A stretch of 64,000 nucleotides of DNA from Selaginella moellendorffii. Lineage: Eukaryota; Plantae; Lycopodiophyta. Below, piece after piece: positions 52,242-63,093 of this stretch. The stretch lies in the NCBI RefSeq assembly GCF_000143415.4, contig NW_003314281.1:1713882-1777881 (forward strand), in the 5' to 3' direction. The stretch's first letter is position 1. Every line of letters begins with the position of its first letter. The position numbers and the translations under genes were made by a program. The notes below the pieces were generated by a model, which saw nothing but the letters and a program-made list of their open reading frames with translations, was not told the origin of the DNA and searched no databases.

Positions 52242-52615
52242 CTAGAGATGTTTTGCAAGAGATTGCATGTCCTCTAAGAGATCCAAGGCCACCTGGCCTT
52301 CACCGTTTTCAGCGTAGCCCAGCACCAGCGCCGTCCAGGACACGACATCGTGCAGTGGCATCTTGTCAAAAACTCTGCGAGCGTCTGCCGAGCTCCCACA
52401 TTTGACGTAGAAATCCACCAGCGTGTTTGCAACGAAATACTCCAACTCGACACCACCTTTAGCAGCTTGCCAGACTTTCACTGCAGCAACGTAGCTCCGA
52501 GCGTTTGGCTGAGAACCCCGAGCTTTCATCTCCTGGAATAACTCTAGAGCTCTGGTTCACCATTGTCACCGTGTCCCACCATGACTGAATTCCAAGTACC
52601 CACGTCCCGCTGCTT
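52242..52615 (-). pseudogene. PPR gene fragment
   Basis: FVANTLVDFYVKCGSSADARRVFDKMPLHDVVSWTALVLGYAENGEGQVALDL; isolated and truncated. Confidence 0.82.
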
Positions 52616-52689
52616 TCTTTAATGTTCTCGGCACCGTGAAGCTGAAGCTGGATTCGTTGCCCATCAAGACATAAAGATCGAAACTAATA

Positions 52690-53420
52690 ACACCAATGCC
52701 TAGGAGAGGGTACACATCTCCAAGATGATCAAAGCCAAGATTGAGAACCAGGTAGATCTACACACTCGATGCAAGTAAGTAGACAACACCAAACTACATA
52801 AGAAAACCTTTGCTTTGACAATGTGCGTCGGTGCGTTTTTGAGGCAGTCAGCAGCGATTCCTCCATAAGCTCGAACGAGTCCTCCAGTTCCAAGCCTCGT
52901 TCCACCAAAGTACCTGGATTTCCAATTAGCTTTTGTTCTTTCGTTTGGAAAAACGATGATAGGTACCTCGTGACAATGATCATAACTCCATCCACACCAG
53001 AATTTTCTCTGGCAGCATAGATTGGCCGTCCTGCCGTTCCTCCAGGCTCTCCACCATCGCTAAAACGATAGCGTTCTTTGATCTAAGCTGGAAGAAAATG
53101 AAACATTCCAGCAAGGAAAAGAAGAAGGCGAAATAAAAGAACCACCTTGTAAGCTCAGCAATTGTGAGATGCGGATCCAAGACCTTGCAAAAAAAAGAAT
53201 GAGCTAAGATCGCGATTTTCTTCTTTCCAAAACTAGACCTCGGAGAGAAATGCCAATGCGCCTTGTTCATCGTCCACTGTCCAGAGCGGCCGTGGCGATG
53301 AACTTACTTCGTTTCATCTCGCACTGCGAAGAAACCCTGGACGAGATTGCTGTGTATGCCGATGCTGCGCCATCGCTCGAAGATTTCGCTCCTCCCTGGC
53401 GACTGAAATGCATATACATT
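52690..53420 (-). pseudogene. IMPACT/YigZ (UPF0029) family pseudogene
   Basis: Spliced minus-strand pieces [34 protein letters not shown]...GVMIIVTR|[18 protein letters not shown]; a TGA and frameshifts interrupt it. Confidence 0.85.
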
Positions 53421-54261
53421 GGCGCCAGCGCCGCCGTCCTTCCATCGATCTAGACGAGGAATCAAAGCACAAGCGCGAGTGCCTTTCGAAAATTGCGCTA
53501 CTATAGAATCTCAGACACGGGGTGGTCCTACGTGGCAGAACTCTAGTCAGGATCTTCTAGCGCAGCTAGGGCGACGAGGAGATCTGCAATCGATCGCGTT
53601 TCCCTGGAATGCCGCTGCTTCACTCGAGATATTCGCTGCTAGTCCGAGCCGTGCTTCGCCACTGCCGAGCGCAATGCCGGATTGCGCTGCGATGCTGTGA
53701 CGATTTCCACGCGAGGATCTTTGGACAGAGAAGTAGAATGAGATCTTTAGGTACTAGCTGTGTGTGAAATTCCATATATCTTCGTGCAGCAGATTGTTGC
53801 GAGTACCAGATTCCCTAGTATATTCAATTGAGCCCTATGTGGAGAAATCTTCTATTGTTATGGGCAGTTTAGGATGCATACAAATAATAACAAGGTATCA
53901 TAAAAGAACAAAATGTAAGCTTTTTGTAAGAGCTTTTTTGAAGAACAAGATGAGATTCATGAACACTGTTTTATTTGCTAGTTTAGATTCTTCTTAAAAT
54001 TAGATTAGCTAACCCTTCAATGTACTGCTAGTCAAAATGGTGGAGGGCAGCCCAAGAGAGGTACTTAATTGTTGTAAGAGTTGATCCTTCATGAAGCTAT
54101 AATTAGTCTGAGTAAATGCGCTTCCGGTGACTAGGATGGTTGGTTGTCGACGTGGCAGTATATGATAAGCTCGATGCTCCCAGAAGACAGGAACAAATGG
54201 CATGGATTGAGGTCCATGAGTTTGTTTCTTTGTGGGTTCCATGAGTTAAATTATATCTTCG

Positions 54262-54510
54262 TGGATTCCAGGCTTGCGCTTTGCGCCAGAGCAACTGCCT
54301 AGTAGCTCGTCCCTTCGTCTTGCATGGACAGTGAGCTACTTTGGCGATGGAGCGCGCTTGCTCAGCACAAACACGCGAGGTTTTTGGTTTTTCTTTTCTG
54401 AGTTTCTCTTTTATCTCAAGATCTTGATCACGCAGGAGTAATGTTCAGGATGAAGACTTTGGTAAGCTTTGGAGGCTGGTACAAGGGCGTGAAAGATTGT
54501 TCGCCACAAG
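54262..54510 (+). pseudogene. PhyH 3' fragment convergent with thioesterase copy 3
   Basis: RLAWTVSYFGDGARLLS and QDEDFGKLWRL... match the last two exons of 37616..38804. Confidence 0.8.
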
Positions 54511-54584
54511 GGGTTGATGGTACCTTTCGAAGAGAACTACGCTTGTAAAGAGCATGGGAAGAAGCTATCACAGAAACCATCTTG

Positions 54585-56791
54585 TCACAGCCTAGATTCC
54601 AGCTTCTTTCGGACGAGGCCTTCCTGTGTTGCGGAAACCACCAGCTAGAAACGAATTGCGAACGTTGATACTTCACAGTGGAAGAAAACTTATGGAAAAT
54701 ACCTTTCCTTGTCTCGAGTAAATATGGCCAGAGACAAATGCTCGACCTGATGCGGCACAGGGACTCTCCATCTGCAATGAGAAACTGTGAACACACGAAG
54801 AAAGTAAATTTGCAGCACCGAGAAGAGGTGCCAGTCAGTTGCTTTGACAGAAGTGTGGAACCATAGCCTGACAGCACAAAATCAATAAACAAAAGTTTAT
54901 GTTTTTGATGATCACAACTTACGAATGATCCATACTGAGTACTTTGATGTCTGTAAAAATCCCAGTTGGTCCGGATGTCCAGCCGTGGGGCCTTAAAGCC
55001 GACTCGAGAAAAATCCAGTCGGAAGCATAGGCCAGGATACAGCTGCTTACACGAAACAAAATACAAAAAAAGTCATGAAAATTACAATGGTGGCTTGTTT
55101 TTACCGGTGTAACGCTTGATCATCCGGAAGCGTTCCTTTGGCTCGAAACCATAACGCCAGTCTAGCAAACATCAAATTAAAATGAGTCGACTCTTATCTT
55201 ATTCTCTACCTTGACTCGCATGGTTCCGGGTCCACTTCATCAAAGTCCTCGCAACGACGCAAATCCAGAGGGTGTTCTTTGGAAGAATTGTTCTTCAGGA
55301 GTTCCTTCTTTGATCTGTGAACAAATGGATTTAAGCTTTAGAGCAAGAAGAAACATACGTTTACAGTGAAAGGCGAGGGTCCGAGAGGTAGCGCTGCTGA
55401 GCAATTTCTTCGCGTTCCAGCTGTGCAAATAAAACTCTTTCTTAAGAGCGAAATATGCAAAGGTAAAAAATTAATACCTCCTCGGGTGGTGGCACACAAG
55501 GCACGGGAAGCTGGTGTTCAGCGCCACTCTCTCCCCTCTAAAAAAGATTAGAAGTAAAAAACAAAGGAGAGAAAAGAAACGTTCATCAGCAAAACAATTG
55601 ATTTTCATATCGCACCCGAAATGATGCAGTCATTGTGAAGATAATTTGGTCGCTTTGGAATGCACTCACGGATCGATTTGCAAAGTTGTATCCATCCCGG
55701 ATTCTTTGGACGCGATAGATTATTGGGACTGCAAGAAAATCATAGCGACAACGATGAAAAACTCGTTACAAGCAAGGTAAACTAATCTATATGACAGAAA
55801 ACCCATCCAAACTTACTGCTTTTATCACCGGGAAATAGAAAATACGAGTGGAGGCTGTGTACCAGAAAGAAAGGATTTACGGACTTGCTCGCCGCAGCTA
55901 AAGCCTGCAACAGAAGAATTACAAGACGTAATATGGTTTCTCGTCATTCAAGTTTTGAGACTAAGCACAAACTTGCCCAACTAGTTGCCCTCCAAATATC
56001 TGCTTGAATTCTACAAGATTAGGATTAGAGAATCCACGGTAAACATCGATCTGAAAACGAAGAAAAAACCCAAAAAATAGGTGAAAGAAAAGCAAAATGG
56101 CGGACCTCCACTTTTTCGAGTTGTAGAAGTTTTTCTATGACACTCGTTCCACCGGGTGTCCAAATATGTTTGGTATGAATCAACGCAGCATCAGCAGAGT
56201 TGAGAACCAAGAAAACAACCTGGGGAAATAAATTGAAAGAATTAACACCCAGAAAATATAAGTAAAAAATGTTCCATGATTCACCTTGCCACTCGCTGTA
56301 GCACCTTGGAGCTCTTCTTGAGTTACTAGAAAGGAGATACCATAAGAAAATAATTCAAAGCTTACACACAAAACACTAACCAAAACCTCCTCGACTCAGG
56401 ATTTTTACGCTTGAATTCCCTGTGCCAAGCGCAAGCTAAAAGTCGCGTTCAAGTTAAAGAGAGAAAGCAACATTTTTCTTCTTTCTTTCTCGTTACCTCT
56501 CCACTCCAAACAATGTAGACTCCGCGAGGAAGATTTGAAAGCTCTAATGGTACTGAAAAAAAAAGCTAGACACCAAGAAATAAAGGCAAAAAAAAAAAGT
56601 ACTTACAACACTCTTTTGGTTGCACAGCAAGAGCTAATCTTTCAATTGCAGTGATTGGGAGCTGCTGGAAGCTTGGAATCGAGCCCAGAAATTCGAGAAC
56701 TAAAAAAATGGATGAGAAGTGGTAGAGAAAAGCGTTTGTTACCTTGCGACAGAGTGACTCCCGTCCCATTGATCCGGAAGAGATCGCCCAT
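54585..56791 (-). CDS. Peroxisomal acyl-CoA thioesterase with cNMP-binding domain, copy 3
   Basis: MGDLFRINGTGVTLSQ|VLEFLGSIPSFQQL, CILAYASDWIFLESALRPH, SMDHSLWFH, MESPCAASGRAFVSGHIYSRQGK|LVVSATQEGLVRKKLESRL* (PTS1). Confidence 0.88.
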
Positions 56792-56889
56792 TTAGGGTTT
56801 ATGATCATTAGGGTTTATGGGCAACGAGCAAAAACGAAGCAAAAAAGAAGAAAATGGGGCTTCTGGTTATTTAGGGTTTATCGTTGGTC
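56792..56889. promoter_or_regulatory. 98-bp bidirectional promoter/UTR with three telo-boxes
   Basis: TTAGGGTTT at ~56792, 56808 and 56871, between divergent ATGs at 56791(-) and 56890(+). Confidence 0.7.
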
Positions 56890-59324
56890 ATGTCGCAACC
56901 AAGAATCCTCCTGTGTGGGGATGTTGTGGGACGATTGGATCAGCTCTTCAAGCGCGTCGCCGCTGTAAGATCCCCGCTCCATTGCTGCATTGTGTGCTGA
57001 TCGCTGGCTCTCTTTGGCGATCGATTTCCAGGTAAACACGGCCAATGGGCCATTCGATGCGCTCTTTTGTGTGGGGCAGTTCTTTCCTCTGGACGAACAC
57101 GGCGTGTCCCAAGTGAGGGAATACATCGATGGCGCCAAGGAAATTCCTCTCCCCACGTATTTCACGGGGAATTATGGAGAGGAGGCTTTGCAATTGCTGG
57201 CACCGGCAAAAGATCGCGGCCTCGTCTCAGAGCCGGTGGTCGTCTCCAAAAATCTATTTTGGCTTCGAGGAAGTGGTGTGGTATTCGTTCATGGTACGTG
57301 TTCTTTCTTTTTTCTCTTTTTGCTCTGTTTGCTAAGACGGACATTGTGTATGGAAGAACTTCGTATCGCGTTTCTAAGTGGAAAGTCCGATGCTTTAGCC
57401 TACGAAGATGCAAAGCTTGCAGCGGACGTGGGGGCATTTCATCAGGATGATGTCGATGCTTTGCGAGCTCTAGCGGACGATTCTCAAGTCATCGATTTGT
57501 TTCTCACATATCCTTGCTATGTTTCTCCTAATCTGTTTTCTTTCTCTGTGGTCGTTTGGTCTTAACGTTCACACTAATGACTGGCCTCAAGGAGTGCTAT
57601 CTGGAAGCAAAGGGGAGATACCAAGCGAAAAAGTTTCTGGGAATCCAGTCATAGCAGAGCTAGCGGCAGAGCTCAGGCCTCGGTAAGACGTCTCACTAAA
57701 ACTATAAACACTATTAAAGGGCCTGCATTTCTTTTCCTTTCAGGTACCACATTGCTGGATCAGAAGGCGTATTCTTTACACGGGAGCCTTATACCAACCA
57801 AGGTGTGCCTCACGTAACGCGATTTGTGGCTCTGGGAGTCGTGGGGAATGATAAGAAACAGGTATGGTTGTGCTTAAACCAGTGCTAATCTAAGGATTTC
57901 TTTTTTCATTCTAACTTGCAGAAATATCTACATGCTCTTTCTCCAACACCAGCTTCAAAGTTGTCAAGCGAAGAGCTTGCTGTTACTCCTCCAAACAGCA
58001 CTCTTTCTCCGTATGAGAATCGTCCCTCGAGTAAAAAGCGTCCCTTGTCCGAGATGATACCGTCGTCGCAGTCCGAGGGACAATTCTGGCGTTACGACAC
58101 GTCCGATGCGAAGAAGACCAAGCGAGTGGAGGGAGCATGCTTCGATTTTGTCACCAAGGGCTCGTGTGCTCGTGGGGACAGATGCAAGTTTAAGCACGCG
58201 TTTGAAAACGGTGTGCTTATTCCAAAACGATCCTGCTACGATTTTATCACAAAAGGAAGCTGCGAGCGGGGCTCGGAGTGCCGATATCTACATTCATCAG
58301 ATGAGAATGCAAGCTCTACGGCAGCAGACAACGAACAACAGCTTCCACCAGGTTCTTGTTTCAACTTTTTCAAGAAAGGAAGCTGTGAGAAGGGAGATGA
58401 CTGCAGGTAATGGCTCTGTTCTATCTCTTTTGCTTTTTTCTAACATATAAGTTCTGAACAGATTTAGCCATTCTTCGGAAAGAAAGCAACAAGAATGCTG
58501 GTTTTGTTTGGCGAGCCCAAACGTCGAGACACATCTGGTTGCGAGCGTTGGAGATCATTGCTACGTTGCGCTTGCGAAAGGGCCTCTGATGGACAAGCAC
58601 ATGCTGATAGTTCCCATTGAACACACGCCGTCCGCCGTGTGTGTGTCACGAGAGGTTGAGAAGGAGCTCGAGATGTACAAAGACTCGCTCCGCAAGTTTT
58701 TTGAGAGCCAGGGATCGTCCATTATCATATTCGAGAGATACATCAACATAAGAGCAGGAACTCACGCGCATGTACAGGTACTATGGTCGCTCTTTATTTT
58801 ACGCTCCTTTAACAGTGTGTTTTTCTTTTCTTTTCTTTTTTATCTTCCAGGTAGTTCCTGTTTCATCGTCAGCAGCAGAATCCTGCCGTGAAGCATTTGA
58901 TGCAGCTGCAAGCGAGCTAGGATTCTCGTTCATCATAATGCGTAGTAAGGATCTCGATCTTCCCCTTTGTTCGTATGCATTAAATTCTTGTTTCTTTACA
59001 GGAAGCCAGTCCAATGACTTGAGACGTTTGCTGGACAGAGTAAACTACTTCGTTGTTGAGCTTCCCGATGGAACGACATTGGCTCATCCCTGTGCTGCCG
59101 GAGAGAAAATGCCAATGCAGTTTGGACGTGAGGTAAAGCTGAATTTATCCACGCATCTCTTTGCTTCTAGACTACAATTCTCTTCTCAGGTGCTAGCAGG
59201 CCTTCTTGGCACGCCAGAGAAGACGGATTGGAAGGCTTGCAAGCTAACCAAGGACGAGGAAACCAAACTGGTGGAAGACTTCAAGCACCAGTTCCAAGCA
59301 TTCGATCCGATGCAGTACCCGTAG
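56890..59324 (+). CDS. CWF19L1: CWF19-like 1 (Drn1) CCCH zinc-finger protein: metallophosphoesterase-like, three CCCH, CwfJ C-terminus
   Basis: MSQPRILLCGDVVGRLDQLFKRV, GPFDALFCVGQFFP, DLFLTNDWP, RPRYHIAG, HVTRFVALG, CWFCLASPNVETHLVASVG, QFGREVLAGLLG..DWKAC. Confidence 0.93.
57508..57574 (+). other. U12-type AT-AC intron
   Basis: 5' ATATCCTT, branch site TCTTAAC, 3' CAC; removal restores DLFLT-NDWPQG. Confidence 0.92.
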
Positions 59325-59996
59325 CTCGATTGAGTAAGAGACAACTTCGTTTCAAGATTGAGTAAAACGCTCTTCCATGTTTTTTCTCAGGTGGACGTTG
59401 CAAGAAAGAAAGAAAAAAGGAAACATTGTAAGGGAACCTGTAGTCATCGGTAAAAGGAAAACAATTTTGACAGCCCGAGTTTTCAGTAGCCGGTCCCGAG
59501 GACGAGATAAGCATTTGATCCCTGTCCTCGACCACTATGTAGTAAATTAAGAAATCATTTACTTCTTCAAGTGGTAGTCACTAGTTACAAAAAACAACAA
59601 AAAAAAAAAAAGAATTCCAGGAACTGTAATGAATATATAGAGCTCTTTTATCGGGACAAGATCTCTCCAATATCATGAAGGCAAGATCTCTCCAATAGGA
59701 ACAAGACAACTTTGACTGCTTCATGAGTCTCTGGCTGGAGGTATGTGGAATGGAGAAAACAAACGAAATATCCAACGTGTGCCAAACAAGGAATGCGATT
59801 GATCGAGATGGACAACAACAACGTTGAAATTACAAGCTGTTTCGCAATCAATGTCTTATATTGGAGTCCCAAGTACATCCTCTCCACCCATGCTTTCACC
59901 AAATTAGTACTATTGATAAGATCGCCCACTTGGACATCCTATTGGAAATATCACCCACTTGGACAATACAAGTTCCAACCTGAGGAACATGAGAAC

Positions 59997-62609
59997 ATGG
60001 ACGAGGAGATTGAGCTCGTCCGGCTCATCGATTCATGCAAGTCACTCTCCACGGCCCAATCCCTCCACTCGCGGATCAAACACACCAAAAACACGTTTCT
60101 TCTCAACAAGATCATCCAAATGTACGCAAAGTGTGGGAGTGTCACTCATGCTCGCAGGGTTTTCGAAAGCATCGCCACCAAAAACACTATGTCATGGGAT
60201 TTCATGCTTGCGGCCTACGCTGGGAATGCCCAGATCGAGGATGCAGCAGACTTCTTCTCCAAGATGCCCAGGAAAAGCGTCGTTTCGTGCACAGCAATGA
60301 TCGTTGCGTTCTCCCAGAGTGGCCACCTTCGTGACGCAAAGAACACATTCGATGAGATGCCCGAGAGAGATGCTATTTGCTGGAATGCGATGCTCTCTGC
60401 ATATGCCCGAAGTGGGCATCTGCAACGAACACAGGCTCTGTTTGAAAAGATGCCTGAGAGGAATGTTGCGGCTTGGAACGTTCTTCTTTCGGCTTATGGC
60501 CAAAACTCGAGCACTGAGATCGCGAAAAGGGTGTTTTATGATATGCCACAACTGAATGTCTCGTCTTGGAACACACTGCTTTGCACATATGCCCACAAAG
60601 GGCATATCGTCGAGGCGAAAGACATATTTGATTCAATGCCGGAGAGGGATCTCATCTCTTGGAAGGCTCTTTTATCCGGATATTCGCAAAACGGGCTCGT
60701 GGAAGAAGCAAAGAAAACTTTAGAGAAAATGCCAGTGAAAGATATCGTGGCATCAAATGCAATGCTCTCGGCGTATACCCAAGGAGGGCACCTGGAACAA
60801 GCGAAAGAAATGTTCGACCAAATGGACGAACAAAACATTGTGTCGTGGACGACAATTGTAACTGCTTACGCACAGAGTGGGAATCTCCGGGATGCCAAGC
60901 ACATTTTTGACAAAATGCCGCAGCGGGACATCGTATCCTGGAACTCTATGATAGCGGCTTATGCCCAAAACGGGCATCTTCACGAAGCTTTGGAGCTTTT
61001 TGACGAGATGCCGCAGGCAAACTTAACGTCCTGGAACACAATACTTTCGGTCTTATCTTTGCAGGAGAAAATATTCCGCGTTAAAGAAGTTTTCGATTCG
61101 ATGCCAAAGCACGACGTTGTCTCCTGGAACACACTTTTAACAGCGTATGCCCACAATGGGCAGCTTGAAAAAGCGAAGGAGACCTTCGATTTAATCCCCC
61201 ACAAGAACCTTGTGTCTTGGAAAGCCATGCTTTCGGCTTTCTACCAGCACAAGAATTTGGATCAAGCAAAAGCGCTGTTTGATCTCATGCCAGACCGTGA
61301 TCTAGTGTCTTACAATGCGATGCTTGCTGCTTATGCCCAGAGCGGGCATATTCACGAAGCAAAGCAAGTTTTCGACGCAATGTCGCAGAGGAATCTCATC
61401 TCCTGGACTGCCATGCTTGCTGCATACTCTCAAAACAATCTCCTCGACAAGGCAAAGCTCATCTTTGACGAGATGCCGGATCGGAATCTCGTCTCTTGGA
61501 CGGTGATGCTCTCGGCATATGCTCAAAACGGCAAGCTCGAGGAAGCAAAGCTCATTTTTGACCAGATTCCACGTCAAGATTCCGTCTCACGCACCGCCAT
61601 GATTGCGGCCTATGCCCAAAACGGGCATTGGGACGAGGCCAAGGCTATGTTCTTGAGCAGCAAAGAAGATGGTCGCGAAGAACACGATGTGAACGAAATC
61701 TCTTGCTCGGCATTGCTCGCTGCTTACACGAGACACGGCTGCCCGGATCGAGCAATAGATATCGATCCAACTCCAAGTGATCCAATCTCTCAAACAGCGA
61801 TCCTCTCGGCCTACGCGAGAACCGGCTTGATCGACAAGGCTCGAGAGATCTTCCTCGAAGCGCCCAAAGAGAACCTCATCGTCTGGAACGCGATGCTCTC
61901 GGCCTATGCCCAGAGTGGATCCCTGGACGAAGCCCAGCACCTCTTCCACCAAATGCCGCAGAGAAATCTCATCTCCTGGACGACGATGCTGGTGGGCTTC
62001 GCCCAGATCGGCCATCGGATGGATCGAGTGAGGCGATTCTTCGATTCCATGCCCGAGAAGGACTCCATCGCGTGGAGCGCGACGCTCGCGGCCTATGCCC
62101 ACAAGGGACATCCCATCCACGCCGCGAACCTCTTCGCGGAGATCAAAGTCATGGATTCCACCGAGCAGAGCTGCTTCGCGTCGGCGATCCACGCTTGCGG
62201 CCACGAGGGCGACGTGAATCGCGGCAGGCAATGCTTCGTGTCCATGGCCATGGATTTTGGAATCGAGGCGAGGAAGCAGCACTACACCTGCCTGATCGAT
62301 CTCCTGGGGCGAGCTGGGTACCTGATCGCGGCGGCGGAGCTCATCGATAGCATGCCATTCGTGCCGGATTCGCTCGAGTGGACGTCGCTGCTGGGATCCG
62401 CAGCGAGCTATCGCAGCGCCCAGCACGGGATCAAGGCTGCCAAGCACATCCTCCGCTCGGATCCCAAGAACACCGCCGCGTACGTGTTGCTGGGGAACCT
62501 CTCCGCGAGGCAGCGATTGGAATCAATCGCGCGGATCGACCAGGAACGTCACCTGGAAGAGAGATACTCGAAACATTCCAGACTCGCCAATAGGAGTTTG
62601 CCACGTTGA
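59997..62609 (+). CDS. Long PLS-class PPR protein with E domain, many tandem short motifs
   Basis: More than 20 tandem ~31-aa repeats (DIVSWNSMIAAYAQNGHLHEA), ending HYTCLIDLLGRAGYL...MPFVPDSLEWTSLLG...AAYVLLGNL. Likely start MDEEIELVRL at 59997. Confidence 0.92.
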   Translation: MDEEIELVRLIDSCKSLSTAQSLHSRIKHTKNTFLLNKIIQMYAKCGSVTHARRVFESIATKNTMSWDFMLAAYAGNAQIEDAADFFSKMPRKSVVSCTAMIVAFSQSGHLRDAKNTFDEMPERDAICWNAMLSAYARSGHLQRTQALFEKMPERNVAAWNVLLSAYGQNSSTEIAKRVFYDMPQLNVSSWNTLLCTYAHKGHIVEAKDIFDSMPERDLISWKALLSGYSQNGLVEEAKKTLEKMPVKDIVASNAMLSAYTQGGHLEQAKEMFDQMDEQNIVSWTTIVTAYAQSGNLRDAKHIFDKMPQRDIVSWNSMIAAYAQNGHLHEALELFDEMPQANLTSWNTILSVLSLQEKIFRVKEVFDSMPKHDVVSWNTLLTAYAHNGQLEKAKETFDLIPHKNLVSWKAMLSAFYQHKNLDQAKALFDLMPDRDLVSYNAMLAAYAQSGHIHEAKQVFDAMSQRNLISWTAMLAAYSQNNLLDKAKLIFDEMPDRNLVSWTVMLSAYAQNGKLEEAKLIFDQIPRQDSVSRTAMIAAYAQNGHWDEAKAMFLSSKEDGREEHDVNEISCSALLAAYTRHGCPDRAIDIDPTPSDPISQTAILSAYARTGLIDKAREIFLEAPKENLIVWNAMLSAYAQSGSLDEAQHLFHQMPQRNLISWTTMLVGFAQIGHRMDRVRRFFDSMPEKDSIAWSATLAAYAHKGHPIHAANLFAEIKVMDSTEQSCFASAIHACGHEGDVNRGRQCFVSMAMDFGIEARKQHYTCLIDLLGRAGYLIAAAELIDSMPFVPDSLEWTSLLGSAASYRSAQHGIKAAKHILRSDPKNTAAYVLLGNLSARQRLESIARIDQERHLEERYSKHSRLANRSLPR

Positions 62610-63093
62610 GATATTTTGCCACGTTGGCAACTTCTGCGACCGGAGTGGACAGTTTCTGACCACGTCGTCGTCGGCATTACAGTCCAATTTCAAATAAATA
62701 GTTTGGCGACCGCTGTACTAGATCGCATACAGCAGTGACGATCTGACGGTTCCGATACGATTGCGATTCCGAAATTTCCAGCTAATGCCTAGGCACGGAA
62801 TAAAGTGTTCGTGAGAAGGAAAGGAGAGGGAAAGGGTTTCGCGCGCCTCCTCTTCTATCCATGGAAGCAAGCGATAATTTCCAGATTCACGCTTGCATCC
62901 GGCGCTTCTAGCCATTGCTGGTGAGGAGCTTATTGATTTGGCCGGGAAAATCTTTGAAAATTGCGCTACATTCGTCTAATTAGGCACAGGTATAGGACAA
63001 GAGGCTTTCTCGCATGCTTTTGGGTGCTTTGACAACTCCTTGCGCAGGAATCAAGCAGGAAACCTCGAAATCTTTGATTCACAGCGCGAGACA

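Noticed and set aside
56792-56880. Interstitial telomere
   Set aside because: Isolated single TTAGGGTTT units in a promoter are telo-boxes, not a tandem tract.
59745-59996. N-terminal extension of the 954-aa PPR ORF
   Set aside because: It begins at a non-ATG codon and looks non-coding; ATG 59997 fits the family start better.
61587-62447. 286-aa antisense ORF
   Set aside because: Shadow of GC-rich PPR codons.
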